Part shown: piece by piece, positions 55,912 through 64,000 of the stretch
How positions within the stretch are numbered: the first letter of the stretch is position 1
How the letters are laid out: every line of letters begins with the position of its first letter
NCBI GenBank assembly: GCA_964620905.1
Contig: CAZUKA010000001.1
Span: forward strand, 455,646-519,645
DNA from: an uncultured Gammaproteobacteria bacterium
GTDB taxonomy: Bacteria; Patescibacteriota; Patescibacteriia; S139-126
DNA: 64,000 nt
Reading direction: 5' to 3'
Program-made: the position numbers and the translations under genes
The notes under the pieces: generated by a model
What the model was told of the DNA's origin: nothing
What the model saw: the letters and a program-made list of their open reading frames with translations, nothing else
Database searches by the model: none

Positions 55912-56068
55912 GACTAACTCCTGTTTAATTGAAGAATAATTTATTTAAGAACGAACCCTAAATGATAGCACATTTTTTGTATTTTGTCAATGGTAATTAG
56001 CCAATACCTCTCAATCAAACAAATAAAAAAACCCTTTGTTTATACAAAGGATTTTTGAATATTATTTT

Positions 56069-56443
56069 TTATTCATTGGCCAGTTCACCTATCTCATATC
56101 CGGCTAGAGTATTTTCCTGTAAACTACTACCACCATGCTTTCCGACAAACTTATCGGTCCCATCAACACCACACAGCTGGGTGATAGCTTTTTCACCGCC
56201 AGGATGTTTACCAATCCACTCGGTCAAATCATACACTTGTCCCCTTACCACCGACCAACAATCACTGGCTGTATTGTGATTGGCTACTTCTGACATAGTA
56301 TAAGTTGGATTGCTGATAGTCATGTCTTGGGTATTATTTTCATTTACAGGTGCTGTTTCCACTGGTTGACTGGCTTGTTTGGTGGTACAACCCACTAAAA
56401 AAAATGTTAGTAATATAAAGACGATCAAAAAACTTTTGGGCAT
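56069..56443 (-). CDS. Lipoprotein with a cytochrome b5-like heme-binding domain
   Basis: Lipobox LVGCTT. …CWSVVRGQVYDLTEWIGKHPGGE… b5 signature. Confidence 0.65.
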   Translation of the reverse strand: MPKSFLIVFILLTFFLVGCTTKQASQPVETAPVNENNTQDMTISNPTYTMSEVANHNTASDCWSVVRGQVYDLTEWIGKHPGGEKAITQLCGVDGTDKFVGKHGGSSLQENTLAGYEIGELANE

Positions 56444-56512
56444 ATTAAAATAGTTAATTTTTAGATGCTAAATTATTATATACTAAAAATCAACTATTTC
56501 CAAGGGTGATAT

Positions 56513-58966
56513 TCACATTTTCCCTAAAATTATACCAAAATAAAATACTAGTGAAACAAAAATAAAAATAAAAATATAAAAAAACAAGTTTGATAGATTT
56601 TTATTTTTCACAGTCAATCTTTTCAATCTTATACTATTTAGCACCACCGAGATAGAACTAAAAGCCATGGCTGCTGCTGCAATAATTGGTGAAAGCAATA
56701 AACCAAACGCTGTATACAAAATACCAGCTGCAACCGGAATAGCCACAACATTATAACCAAACGCCCAAAATAAATTTTGTTTGATAATACCAAAAGTCAA
56801 ACGAGATAATTCTATTGTTTCCACTACCTTATCTAAACTGCCTTTGACCAAAACAATACTCCCAGTCTCAATGGCTACATCAGTACCTGTACCCATAGCA
56901 ATACCAATATCTGCCTGCGCTAGGGCTGGTGCGTCATTGATCCCATCGCCCACCATAGCTATTTTACCTGTAGTTTCTTTTTGTAATTTTTTTATAATAT
57001 CGGCTTTATCTTGTGGCAATACTTCAGCTATTACTTCATCTATCCCTAACTGATTAGCAATCGCCCGAGCGGTAACCTCGTTGTCACCGGTTAACATAAT
57101 AGTGGTAATTCCCAAGGCCCGCAATCTTGTAAGCGACTCTTTAGCTTCATTTTTAACAACATCAGCCAAAGCAAACAAAGCTACTGCGCGGTTATCAATT
57201 CCCATATAAACCAAAGTTTGCCCAGCATTTTTCCATTTGGCGGCTTGCTTGGCAAAAATCACGATACTTATATTTTGCTCTCTGAATAATTTGTCATTGC
57301 CCAAAATTATTTTTTTACCGGCAATTTCCGCTTTTACACCCAAGCCAACTAAATTTTGAAATCTTTCTACTTCTAAATCATTCGTTAAATTATTCTGTCG
57401 GGCATAATTGGTAATGGCAGTTGATAAAGGATGTTCAGATAAATGTTCAACTGCGTAAGCTAAACGTAATATTTCCTCTTGGTTATCATTTTCTGCCACC
57501 TGCCATTCGTTCACAGCTGGTTCACCTTTGGTTAATGTTCCGGTTTTATCAAATACAATCTTTTTTATTTTATTGGCCCACTCTAGTGCAGTGGCATCTT
57601 TTATCAAAATTCCATTTCTAGCAGCTTTACCTGAACCTACCATCACTGCTGTGGGCGTGGCTAGTCCCAGAGCGCAAGGACAAGCAATAATTAAAATAGT
57701 CAAAGCAATATAAACTGCCAGCTGAAAAGTATTAATATCTGTCGGTATCAACCCCAGACTTGGTGCTAACCACAACCAAAATACCAAAGCCAAAACCGCT
57801 ATCGTAACAACAATTGGTACAAACACACTCGCAATTTTATCAACCAATTTTTGGATTGGTGGTACACTACCTTGGGCATCACGAACCATTTTTATAATCT
57901 GAGCAAGTAAAGTTCCACTACCTACTCTTTCTACTCGCATACGAAAACTGCCAATTTTGTTGATAGTTGCGCCAATTACCACATCACCAATCTTTTTCTC
58001 TACTGGCATTGACTCCCCAGTCACCATTGATTCATCAATCGTACTAGCACCTTGAACAATAACACCATCCACGGGAATTTTTTCTCCTGGCCGAACCACT
58101 AAAATATCACCTTTAACTACTTGACTAATAGAAATTTTTATTTCTTTATCTCCCCTGACAACAGTTGCCTCTTTAGCTCCCAATTGCAACAAAGCTTTGA
58201 TTGCATCGCTGGTTTGTCCTTTGGCACGAGCTTCCAGTAAACGTCCCAACAAAATAAAAAAAGTAATAAATACCCCAGCTTCAAAAAATACCTCTACTGA
58301 TAAATCAGTAAAAATAAATGGAGCAAAAGTTACTATGGTTGAATACAACCAAGCCACAAAAGTTCCCAAAGCAATCAAAGTATCCATATTAGCAGATTTG
58401 ACACGCAGAGCAGCCCCAGCACTTTGAAAAAATTGTTTACCACCAATAAAAATAATTGGCGTGGCAACTAAAAATTGCAATAAATAAAACAAATCAATCT
58501 GATAGCCAAACTTTTCAATTGTTAAATAACCCATTGGAGACATTGGCATATCTATAAACTCAAACATTGCTGCTACCATAAAAATCATAATCACCAAAAA
58601 AGGCAAACTAGCAAAACCCACCCACCAGACTTTTCTTTGTAAATGCAAATATTCTTGCTGACGCAAAGTTGCAGCATGATCATGAGGATCGATTTGCACT
58701 GAACTTATTTTTTTAGCTTGATTGGGATCAGCTAAAATAGTTTGGTTGGTTTCTGTGGTTATTAACCGATAACTACCAGCACTACCAACAGCTGTCATCA
58801 AATCCTTGAGAGTAATTTTATTTTCATCATAAACTACTTTCATTTGCTCGGCAGCATAATTCACCACTACTTCAGAAACTCCTTCCAATTTACCTACCAT
58901 TTTTTCAATCAAATTCTTGCAAGCGGCACAGTGCATACCAACAATCGGATATATTTTAGTAATCAT
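56513..58966 (-). CDS. copA: Copper-translocating P1B-type ATPase
   Basis: N-terminal HMA ([13 protein letters not shown]), TM CPC motif ([11 protein letters not shown]), [17 protein letters not shown]. Confidence 0.9.
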   Translation of the reverse strand: MITKIYPIVGMHCAACKNLIEKMVGKLEGVSEVVVNYAAEQMKVVYDENKITLKDLMTAVGSAGSYRLITTETNQTILADPNQAKKISSVQIDPHDHAATLRQQEYLHLQRKVWWVGFASLPFLVIMIFMVAAMFEFIDMPMSPMGYLTIEKFGYQIDLFYLLQFLVATPIIFIGGKQFFQSAGAALRVKSANMDTLIALGTFVAWLYSTIVTFAPFIFTDLSVEVFFEAGVFITFFILLGRLLEARAKGQTSDAIKALLQLGAKEATVVRGDKEIKISISQVVKGDILVVRPGEKIPVDGVIVQGASTIDESMVTGESMPVEKKIGDVVIGATINKIGSFRMRVERVGSGTLLAQIIKMVRDAQGSVPPIQKLVDKIASVFVPIVVTIAVLALVFWLWLAPSLGLIPTDINTFQLAVYIALTILIIACPCALGLATPTAVMVGSGKAARNGILIKDATALEWANKIKKIVFDKTGTLTKGEPAVNEWQVAENDNQEEILRLAYAVEHLSEHPLSTAITNYARQNNLTNDLEVERFQNLVGLGVKAEIAGKKIILGNDKLFREQNISIVIFAKQAAKWKNAGQTLVYMGIDNRAVALFALADVVKNEAKESLTRLRALGITTIMLTGDNEVTARAIANQLGIDEVIAEVLPQDKADIIKKLQKETTGKIAMVGDGINDAPALAQADIGIAMGTGTDVAIETGSIVLVKGSLDKVVETIELSRLTFGIIKQNLFWAFGYNVVAIPVAAGILYTAFGLLLSPIIAAAAMAFSSISVVLNSIRLKRLTVKNKNLSNLFFYIFIFIFVSLVFYFGIILGKM

Positions 58967-58971
58967 ATAGT

Positions 58972-59193
58972 TTATTTAATAACTTGATAATTTTCTAAAT
59001 TGTTTATTATATTTTCTACTCGCACTAATTCTTCAGAATTTAGCTGAGAAAAATACACCAAACCCTTTTCTTCACCAGGAATAAGTTTAATATCTTTTAG
59101 TTTTTCACCCCAACCTTTTTCTTCAAATTCCATTCTAATCAATGATACACAGGCATTACAATGCATACCTTCAACTTGTAAAACTGTTTCCAT
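58972..59193 (-). CDS. copZ: Copper chaperone (HMA domain, CopZ-like)
   Basis: …[15 protein letters not shown]… (MxCxxC). Confidence 0.8.
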   Translation of the reverse strand: METVLQVEGMHCNACVSLIRMEFEEKGWGEKLKDIKLIPGEEKGLVYFSQLNSEELVRVENIINNLENYQVIK

Positions 59194-59194
59194 A

Positions 59195-60682
59195 TTATTG
59201 AAAAGTTACAGTCAATGGTGGCACCATACCCATCGAACAAGTTATTTTATAACTACCCGGTTTTGGACTACCCAAATCAATCACGTTTTGGCCAGCTTTA
59301 AGATTGACAAAACCACTAAACAACCCACGTGCTGCCATTTGCGCACCGCAACCTAAGATTCCTTGATTATCTACCACCATTACCGTAGGGATATTAGCTT
59401 GTAGCACAGCACTACTAGAATTTGTATATTCAAAACCTGAAGCTATAATATTTAACTGTTGAACATCACCAATATCTTTTTGCTTACCAGTACCACTACT
59501 TGCTGACAAACTTTTCCCAGCATCAGGACCAAATAAAATTATTGATTCTGATTGAGAATCAACTTTGACAGAGGAATAATTTCTGATGTCATGTAAACTT
59601 GGCAGTCCCAAAACATTTAACTGGCCATTGATATTATAAATAGCAAAAAATATAATAATAATTCCTGCTATTTGAGAAAACTTAGCGGTCAGATGTGGTT
59701 TTTGTGTAAAACGATAACCAGAATAACTAATACCCGCTAGTATTGACAAAGTTCCCAAAGCAAAAAACAACATAATCAGCGCTCCAGTAAAAAAACTACC
59801 AGTAGTCAGAGCTATACCTTGAGCAATCAATGTAAAACCACAAGGTAAGAAAAAAGTGAGCGCCCCAATAATAAAAGGAGAATATTTTCCCTGCCAACTA
59901 GTTTCATTTACAATTTTGCCAGTAAAAAATTTTGGTAAGCGCAATGAAATCTTTTTTGCCCAAGAAACTTCCAACATTTGTAAAGCCAGTATAATCATTA
60001 TTACGGACACCAAACCGACCAAAATAGCATAACTTGTGGCATTGTTGAAAGACAAACCACCGCCCAATAAACCCAATAAACCTCCTAAAATAAAAAAGGA
60101 TGACAATCTACCTAAATGAAACAACCAGTGGGGTAAAGCTTTTTGTTTTCTACTATCGCTATCTATGTATACTTCATGCCATTTTTTCGTCATCGACAAA
60201 AGTAACCCTCCCACCAATGCTGCGCAACTAGATACTCCAGCTACCAATCCTAAAACAAAAAAAGCTGATAAAGAAGAACTGGTATTTACAGAAATAAATC
60301 TACCTAATTGCCACTTGTCTAATCCATAAAATAATAATAAAAAAATGCTAGCGAAAATCAATGTTTTAAAAAGTGTACTTAATTTTTCTTTATTTATTTG
60401 CCATTTACCTTTTTCATTGTAAAAAAGTTTTTTTATTTTGGTTATTTGTGGCTTAGTAAAAAAACTATAACCTAAATCTTTAAACTCCTGGTTAATCTCA
60501 GCTAAATCTAAATTTTGACTATTAGACATATAAACACTTACTTCGCCTTTATTGAGAGAAGCATCTACTGCTGTAACGCCAGATTTTTTCAATAATTTTT
60601 TTTCAATCAAAAGTTCACATGAGGAACAATGCATGCCCTGAACATAATAAATTTTTTGTGACATATTTTTATTTGTACTCAT
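59195..60682 (-). CDS. Membrane protein with an N-terminal HMA domain fused to a polytopic permease-like domain (DsbD_2/TauE-like) and a C-terminal soluble β-rich domain. It is a probable metal-handling component of the cop operon. The start is set at MSTNKN; the ORF-track start overlaps csoR further.
   Basis: YYVQGMHCSSCELLIEKKL (HMA), about 6 TM segments including …FFLPCGFTLIAQG…, and C-terminal …GILGCGAQMAARG…KITCSMGMVPPLTVTF. Confidence 0.6.
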   Translation of the reverse strand: MSTNKNMSQKIYYVQGMHCSSCELLIEKKLLKKSGVTAVDASLNKGEVSVYMSNSQNLDLAEINQEFKDLGYSFFTKPQITKIKKLFYNEKGKWQINKEKLSTLFKTLIFASIFLLLFYGLDKWQLGRFISVNTSSSLSAFFVLGLVAGVSSCAALVGGLLLSMTKKWHEVYIDSDSRKQKALPHWLFHLGRLSSFFILGGLLGLLGGGLSFNNATSYAILVGLVSVIMIILALQMLEVSWAKKISLRLPKFFTGKIVNETSWQGKYSPFIIGALTFFLPCGFTLIAQGIALTTGSFFTGALIMLFFALGTLSILAGISYSGYRFTQKPHLTAKFSQIAGIIIIFFAIYNINGQLNVLGLPSLHDIRNYSSVKVDSQSESIILFGPDAGKSLSASSGTGKQKDIGDVQQLNIIASGFEYTNSSSAVLQANIPTVMVVDNQGILGCGAQMAARGLFSGFVNLKAGQNVIDLGSPKPGSYKITCSMGMVPPLTVTFQ

Positions 60683-60941
60683 AAAGCCGTAATAGTTCAG
60701 TAGTAGTTTTTTGTTCTTTACCATTTCTAATTTGATTGACCACACAGTGTTTAAGGTGATCTTCTATAATTAAAAGATCGAGTTGTTTTAAAGCTTTTTG
60801 CACCGCTCGGGATTGATGGACAATATCAATACAATATGTGTTACCAGCAAGCATTTTCTCTATTGACTGCAAGTGTCCTTGGATAATCTTAATCCGGTGC
60901 AAAGCCCGTGATTTAACTGTGGTTTTCCTTCTTCTATCCAT
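60669..60941 (-). CDS. csoR: CsoR/RcnR-family metal-sensing transcriptional repressor
   Basis: …LHRIKIIQGHLQSIEKML…YCIDIVHQSRAVQKAL…HLKHCV (C-H-C metal ligands). Confidence 0.8.
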   Translation of the reverse strand: MDRRRKTTVKSRALHRIKIIQGHLQSIEKMLAGNTYCIDIVHQSRAVQKALKQLDLLIIEDHLKHCVVNQIRNGKEQKTTTELLRLYEYK

Positions 60942-60999
60942 ATTAATTATTTAATAATTAGTAATTTATAATTAATAATTCAAAATTTATAATTTTTAT

Positions 61000-61020
61000 A
61001 TATCCCCCCTATAGGGATAT
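61000..61020. promoter_or_regulatory. Candidate CsoR operator: inverted repeat ATATCCC-N7-GGGATAT (atatcccccctatagggatat) in the csoR promoter region
   Basis: The only G/C-tract palindrome in the AT-rich region upstream of csoR. It matches the general architecture of CsoR operators. Confidence 0.6.
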
Positions 61021-61040
61021 TAACATATTATTAAAATATG

Positions 61041-61072
61041 TCAAAACCGCCCCGAGCTTACACTCGGGGCGG
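61041..61072 (-). terminator. Terminator (ccgccccgag-cttacac-tcggggcgg + U-run on the minus strand) downstream of the crtI-like gene
   Basis: 10-bp GC stem plus TTTTG on the minus strand. Confidence 0.75.
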
Positions 61073-61081
61073 ATATTATAT

Positions 61082-62608
61082 TTATTTAATCAGTAATTTT
61101 TCTTGTAGTGAAGTGGGTTTAGTAAATGGCACTTGGTATTTTTGTGAAATCATATTAGCCACGATCCGGCCTGATTCATAAATTGTTGGCAAACCGCTAC
61201 CTGGGTGTGTTCCCCCGCCGACCAAATACATATCCAGATCTTCAAAATGATTGTGCGGCCGAAAATATAACATTTGCTTGATTGCATGTGAAAGATTGAA
61301 AGTGGCGCCCAAATAAACATGGGCATTATTTTCCCAATCAGCTGGCGTAATTATACGCTCAAAATCAATCTTGGCTCGGATATTTTTTATACCCAATCTT
61401 TTTTCAATACTATCCAAGGTCAATTCGCGCATTTGTTCTTTAGCCACCGCCCAATCTATTCCTGATTGATTGTTGGGTGCTGGTACTAAAACATAAAAAT
61501 TTGATTTCCCGGCAGGTGCTAAAGTTTTGTCATTGATACTGGCATTGCGGACATAAAAAGATATTTCTGGTGAAAGTTTTTTATTTTTGAAAATATCATC
61601 AACATTTTGTCGGTAATTTTTTGCAAAAGCAATCGTGTGATGCGCAATATCCGGATACTCCCCCTCCAGTCCCAAATACATCATAAAAGTTGAACAAGAA
61701 AAATCTTTACGTGCTAATTTTTGCGGCGACCACTTGCGTAGCTTATCAACTGGTAATAAATTATTTATTGTATAACCAAAATCCGCATTAACTATCACTT
61801 CGTCAGCATGTTCTCTTTTGCCATCAGCTAATTCTATTCCCACCACTTTTTTACCTTTTAAAATCAGCTGTTTAACGGTTTGGTTATAATAAAAATTTAC
61901 CCCGTGTTCTTTGGCTACTTTATCCATGGCGACTGATATTTCTGACAAACCTTTTTCCACGTGATAAATACCAAAAGCGTGTTCAATAAAAGGAATAATA
62001 ATAAACAAAGCCGGGCATTCCCAGGCGGACATACCTAAATATTTTGATTGAAAGGTAAAACTTAGTTTCAATTTGTCTTGAGAGAAATAATTACCTAAAT
62101 ATTTATAGACTGATCCTAAAAAAGGTATATGCGGTATGGCTTTTAAAAAAGTGGGCTTAAAAAATTCTCTAAAATGAGTATAATCTTTTTGTAAACAAGC
62201 AAAAATATAAGGGAAGCGTTTGCTTTCTTTCTTATAAAATTTTTCTAAACCCTCAACTGACCCTGAAAAATATTTGGCAAATTCTTGTTTAGCTTTGTCT
62301 TTGTCATCATAAATATTTATGGATAAATCAGAAAATAACAGCCGGTACATCGGATCAAGTCTAGTAAATTTTAGATAATCTTCTGAATTTCTCCCAGCTT
62401 CCTGAAACATTTCATCCAAAATAAATTTCATCATCAAAAAAGTTGGCCCCAAATCAAAAGTATAACCTTGCTCACGAATAGCATCATTTCTACCACCGGG
62501 CATTGAATTTTTTTCATAAACCGAAACCTCAAACCCTCTTTTGCCTAAAATCATAGCACTAGTAAGTCCCCCAGGACCTGCGCCAACAACAATAATTTTT
62601 TTTGACAT
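61082..62608 (-). CDS. Phytoene-desaturase-family (CrtI-like) FAD-dependent oxidoreductase
   Basis: Rossmann IVVGAGPGGLTSAMILGKRGFEVSVYEKNSMPGGR and a C-terminal CrtI-like region. Confidence 0.7.
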   Translation of the reverse strand: MSKKIIVVGAGPGGLTSAMILGKRGFEVSVYEKNSMPGGRNDAIREQGYTFDLGPTFLMMKFILDEMFQEAGRNSEDYLKFTRLDPMYRLLFSDLSINIYDDKDKAKQEFAKYFSGSVEGLEKFYKKESKRFPYIFACLQKDYTHFREFFKPTFLKAIPHIPFLGSVYKYLGNYFSQDKLKLSFTFQSKYLGMSAWECPALFIIIPFIEHAFGIYHVEKGLSEISVAMDKVAKEHGVNFYYNQTVKQLILKGKKVVGIELADGKREHADEVIVNADFGYTINNLLPVDKLRKWSPQKLARKDFSCSTFMMYLGLEGEYPDIAHHTIAFAKNYRQNVDDIFKNKKLSPEISFYVRNASINDKTLAPAGKSNFYVLVPAPNNQSGIDWAVAKEQMRELTLDSIEKRLGIKNIRAKIDFERIITPADWENNAHVYLGATFNLSHAIKQMLYFRPHNHFEDLDMYLVGGGTHPGSGLPTIYESGRIVANMISQKYQVPFTKPTSLQEKLLIK

Positions 62609-62623
62609 ATATAAAAAATAATT

Positions 62624-63826
62624 CTAAATCTGTTGAAACTCCGCCACAAACTTTTTCATATCTTTAAGTAGTATAGCCTGCGGGTTACAAGCCAGTACCA
62701 TTCCGTCCATATACATCAAACTTTTAATAATATCAAAAATTCCTTCTTCAAACTCCATCCCCGATAAAACTCCAAGTTTTATAGTTTGCATCATTTTTTT
62801 GGTCAAACTAATCTCACTGACAGTCTTATCTTTGAAATCACTATAAAGTTCAATAAATTTTTTGGTAAATACTTTGTATTTTTCTGCACTTAACTGTTGT
62901 TTGGACATAGCGTGTAAATAATAAGCACACTGCGGGTAATCATAATCACTTAAATATTCAAAAAATTTAAGTAAATTTAGACGAATTTTATCAGTCACTG
63001 AACCGATATAGCCAGTATCCAAAAAATAAAAATGTTTACCATCGTACATTATATTACCAGGATGAATATCACCATGAAATGTTCCTACAACAAACATGTA
63101 AAAACCGTGGATATGAAAAAATTCAAGCATTTGATCATAAGAAAATTGTTTCTTTGCCAACAACTCGTTGACAGTTGGCTTGTCTAAAAACTCACTTACC
63201 AAAATATGTTCATTGGATAAATTTGGATAAACCCTGGGAAAAGCCAAATGTGACAGGTCGAACTTATCCTTTTTATCTTCATAAATTTGCCGTAAAATTT
63301 CCTGGCCGGCTTGTTCATTGCGTAAATCAAGTTCAGCTAAAGTAGTTTTTTCTATACCTTTTAAAAGTGAAGTGGGATTGGCTACCCCGCGCAATTTAGG
63401 ATAAAACCAGGTGGCTATCTGAAAAAATCTTTGTACGCTTTGTACATCTCTTTCAAATGAAGCGGTAAACTCTTTTTTGACAATTTTTACGGCTACTTCC
63501 TCGCCGCTAGTCAGTTTAGCCCGATGCACTTGCCCGATTGAAGCGGAAGCAAATGGACGTTTTTCAAATTGAGAAAAATTATGATAAAATTCATTACTAG
63601 CATATTCTACAATCAGTTTGTCAACTTGTTCTGCGGGGATTGAATTTACTCCCTGATAAAGTTTAGCCAGATGCCGACACTTTTCCTCACTTAAAAAATC
63701 TATCCGCAAAGCATGCACTTGTCCAATTTTTATTGCCAATAGTCCCAATTTTTGAATCAAATCTAAATCAGCCAATTTTGGCCCATAAATGGTTCTGATA
63801 AGTTTTATAAAATTATACCAATTCAT
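62624..63826 (-). CDS. ABC1/UbiB-family atypical protein kinase
   Basis: …ASIGQVHRAKLTSGEEVAVKIV… and …HGDIHPGNIMY… motifs. Confidence 0.7.
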   Translation of the reverse strand: MNWYNFIKLIRTIYGPKLADLDLIQKLGLLAIKIGQVHALRIDFLSEEKCRHLAKLYQGVNSIPAEQVDKLIVEYASNEFYHNFSQFEKRPFASASIGQVHRAKLTSGEEVAVKIVKKEFTASFERDVQSVQRFFQIATWFYPKLRGVANPTSLLKGIEKTTLAELDLRNEQAGQEILRQIYEDKKDKFDLSHLAFPRVYPNLSNEHILVSEFLDKPTVNELLAKKQFSYDQMLEFFHIHGFYMFVVGTFHGDIHPGNIMYDGKHFYFLDTGYIGSVTDKIRLNLLKFFEYLSDYDYPQCAYYLHAMSKQQLSAEKYKVFTKKFIELYSDFKDKTVSEISLTKKMMQTIKLGVLSGMEFEEGIFDIIKSLMYMDGMVLACNPQAILLKDMKKFVAEFQQI

Positions 63827-63877
63827 TGATTTATTATATCAATCAGTTATAAAAATTACTATTAAAACTAAATATGA

Positions 63878-64000
63878 TATGAAAAAAAATTTATTTCTAA
63901 CACTAAGTATCATAGGCATAATTTTGCCTTATTCTCAATTTATGCAATTCACCAACCAATACGGTTTTGATATAAATCTGATGGTTCAACAAATATTTAT
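63878..64000 (+). CDS. 5' end of a membrane-protein ORF (MKKNLFLTLSIIGIILPYSQF…) that runs off the window
   Basis: ATG at 63878 and open to the window end. The upstream ATG at 63874 hits TGA after 2 codons. Confidence 0.35.

Overview
Low-GC (about one-third GC), gene-dense bacterial chromosomal segment read with the standard genetic code. Long ORFs are intact, so UGA is not recoded. The many sortase/LPXTG surface proteins and small housekeeping genes suggest a small-genome Gram-positive-type organism, possibly CPR/Patescibacteria-like; that placement is an inference. Housekeeping content includes yqeY-rpsU, hisS, lepB, an LCP-family protein, der, pth, mfd, dprA, topA, rpmB, relA/spoT, parAB and four tRNAs (Val, Leu, an initiator-like Met, and a second CAU tRNA). 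The right third carries mgtE, rlmN, a CsoR-regulated copper-efflux operon, a crtI-like oxidoreductase and a ubiB-like kinase. The most striking content is a roughly 16-kb minus-strand island of secreted and surface genes (27017..43320). It holds an LTD-domain protein, a sortase, an LPXTG protein with a TasA-like fold plus a DUF11 domain, three TasA/camelysin-like proteins with SipW-cognate signal peptides, an archaeal/ER-type SipW-like signal peptidase, a Thr-rich coiled-coil secreted protein, and two giant LPETGG adhesins (one with a vWA domain and SdrD-B-like domains). Between these genes sit repeated, apparently structured, non-coding elements: two copies of a ~148-nt element, a GC-rich palindrome, a 26-bp perfect palindrome, and a DnaA-box-like motif. 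Positions 1..6979 encode the N-terminal 2,300+ aa of a giant minus-strand surface protein that runs off the window edge, so the ORF track misses it. It has N-terminal TM segments, IPT/TIG domains, a Cys-rich region and near-identical tandem 85–87-aa Ig-like repeats. Other non-coding signals are heptamer TTCTARA tandem arrays at four intergenic loci, a promoter plus terminator pair that predicts a ~95-nt sRNA, a promoter/palindrome driving a 19-codon ORF, and a ~130-bp inverted-repeat element. No transposase, integrase or CRISPR array was seen.
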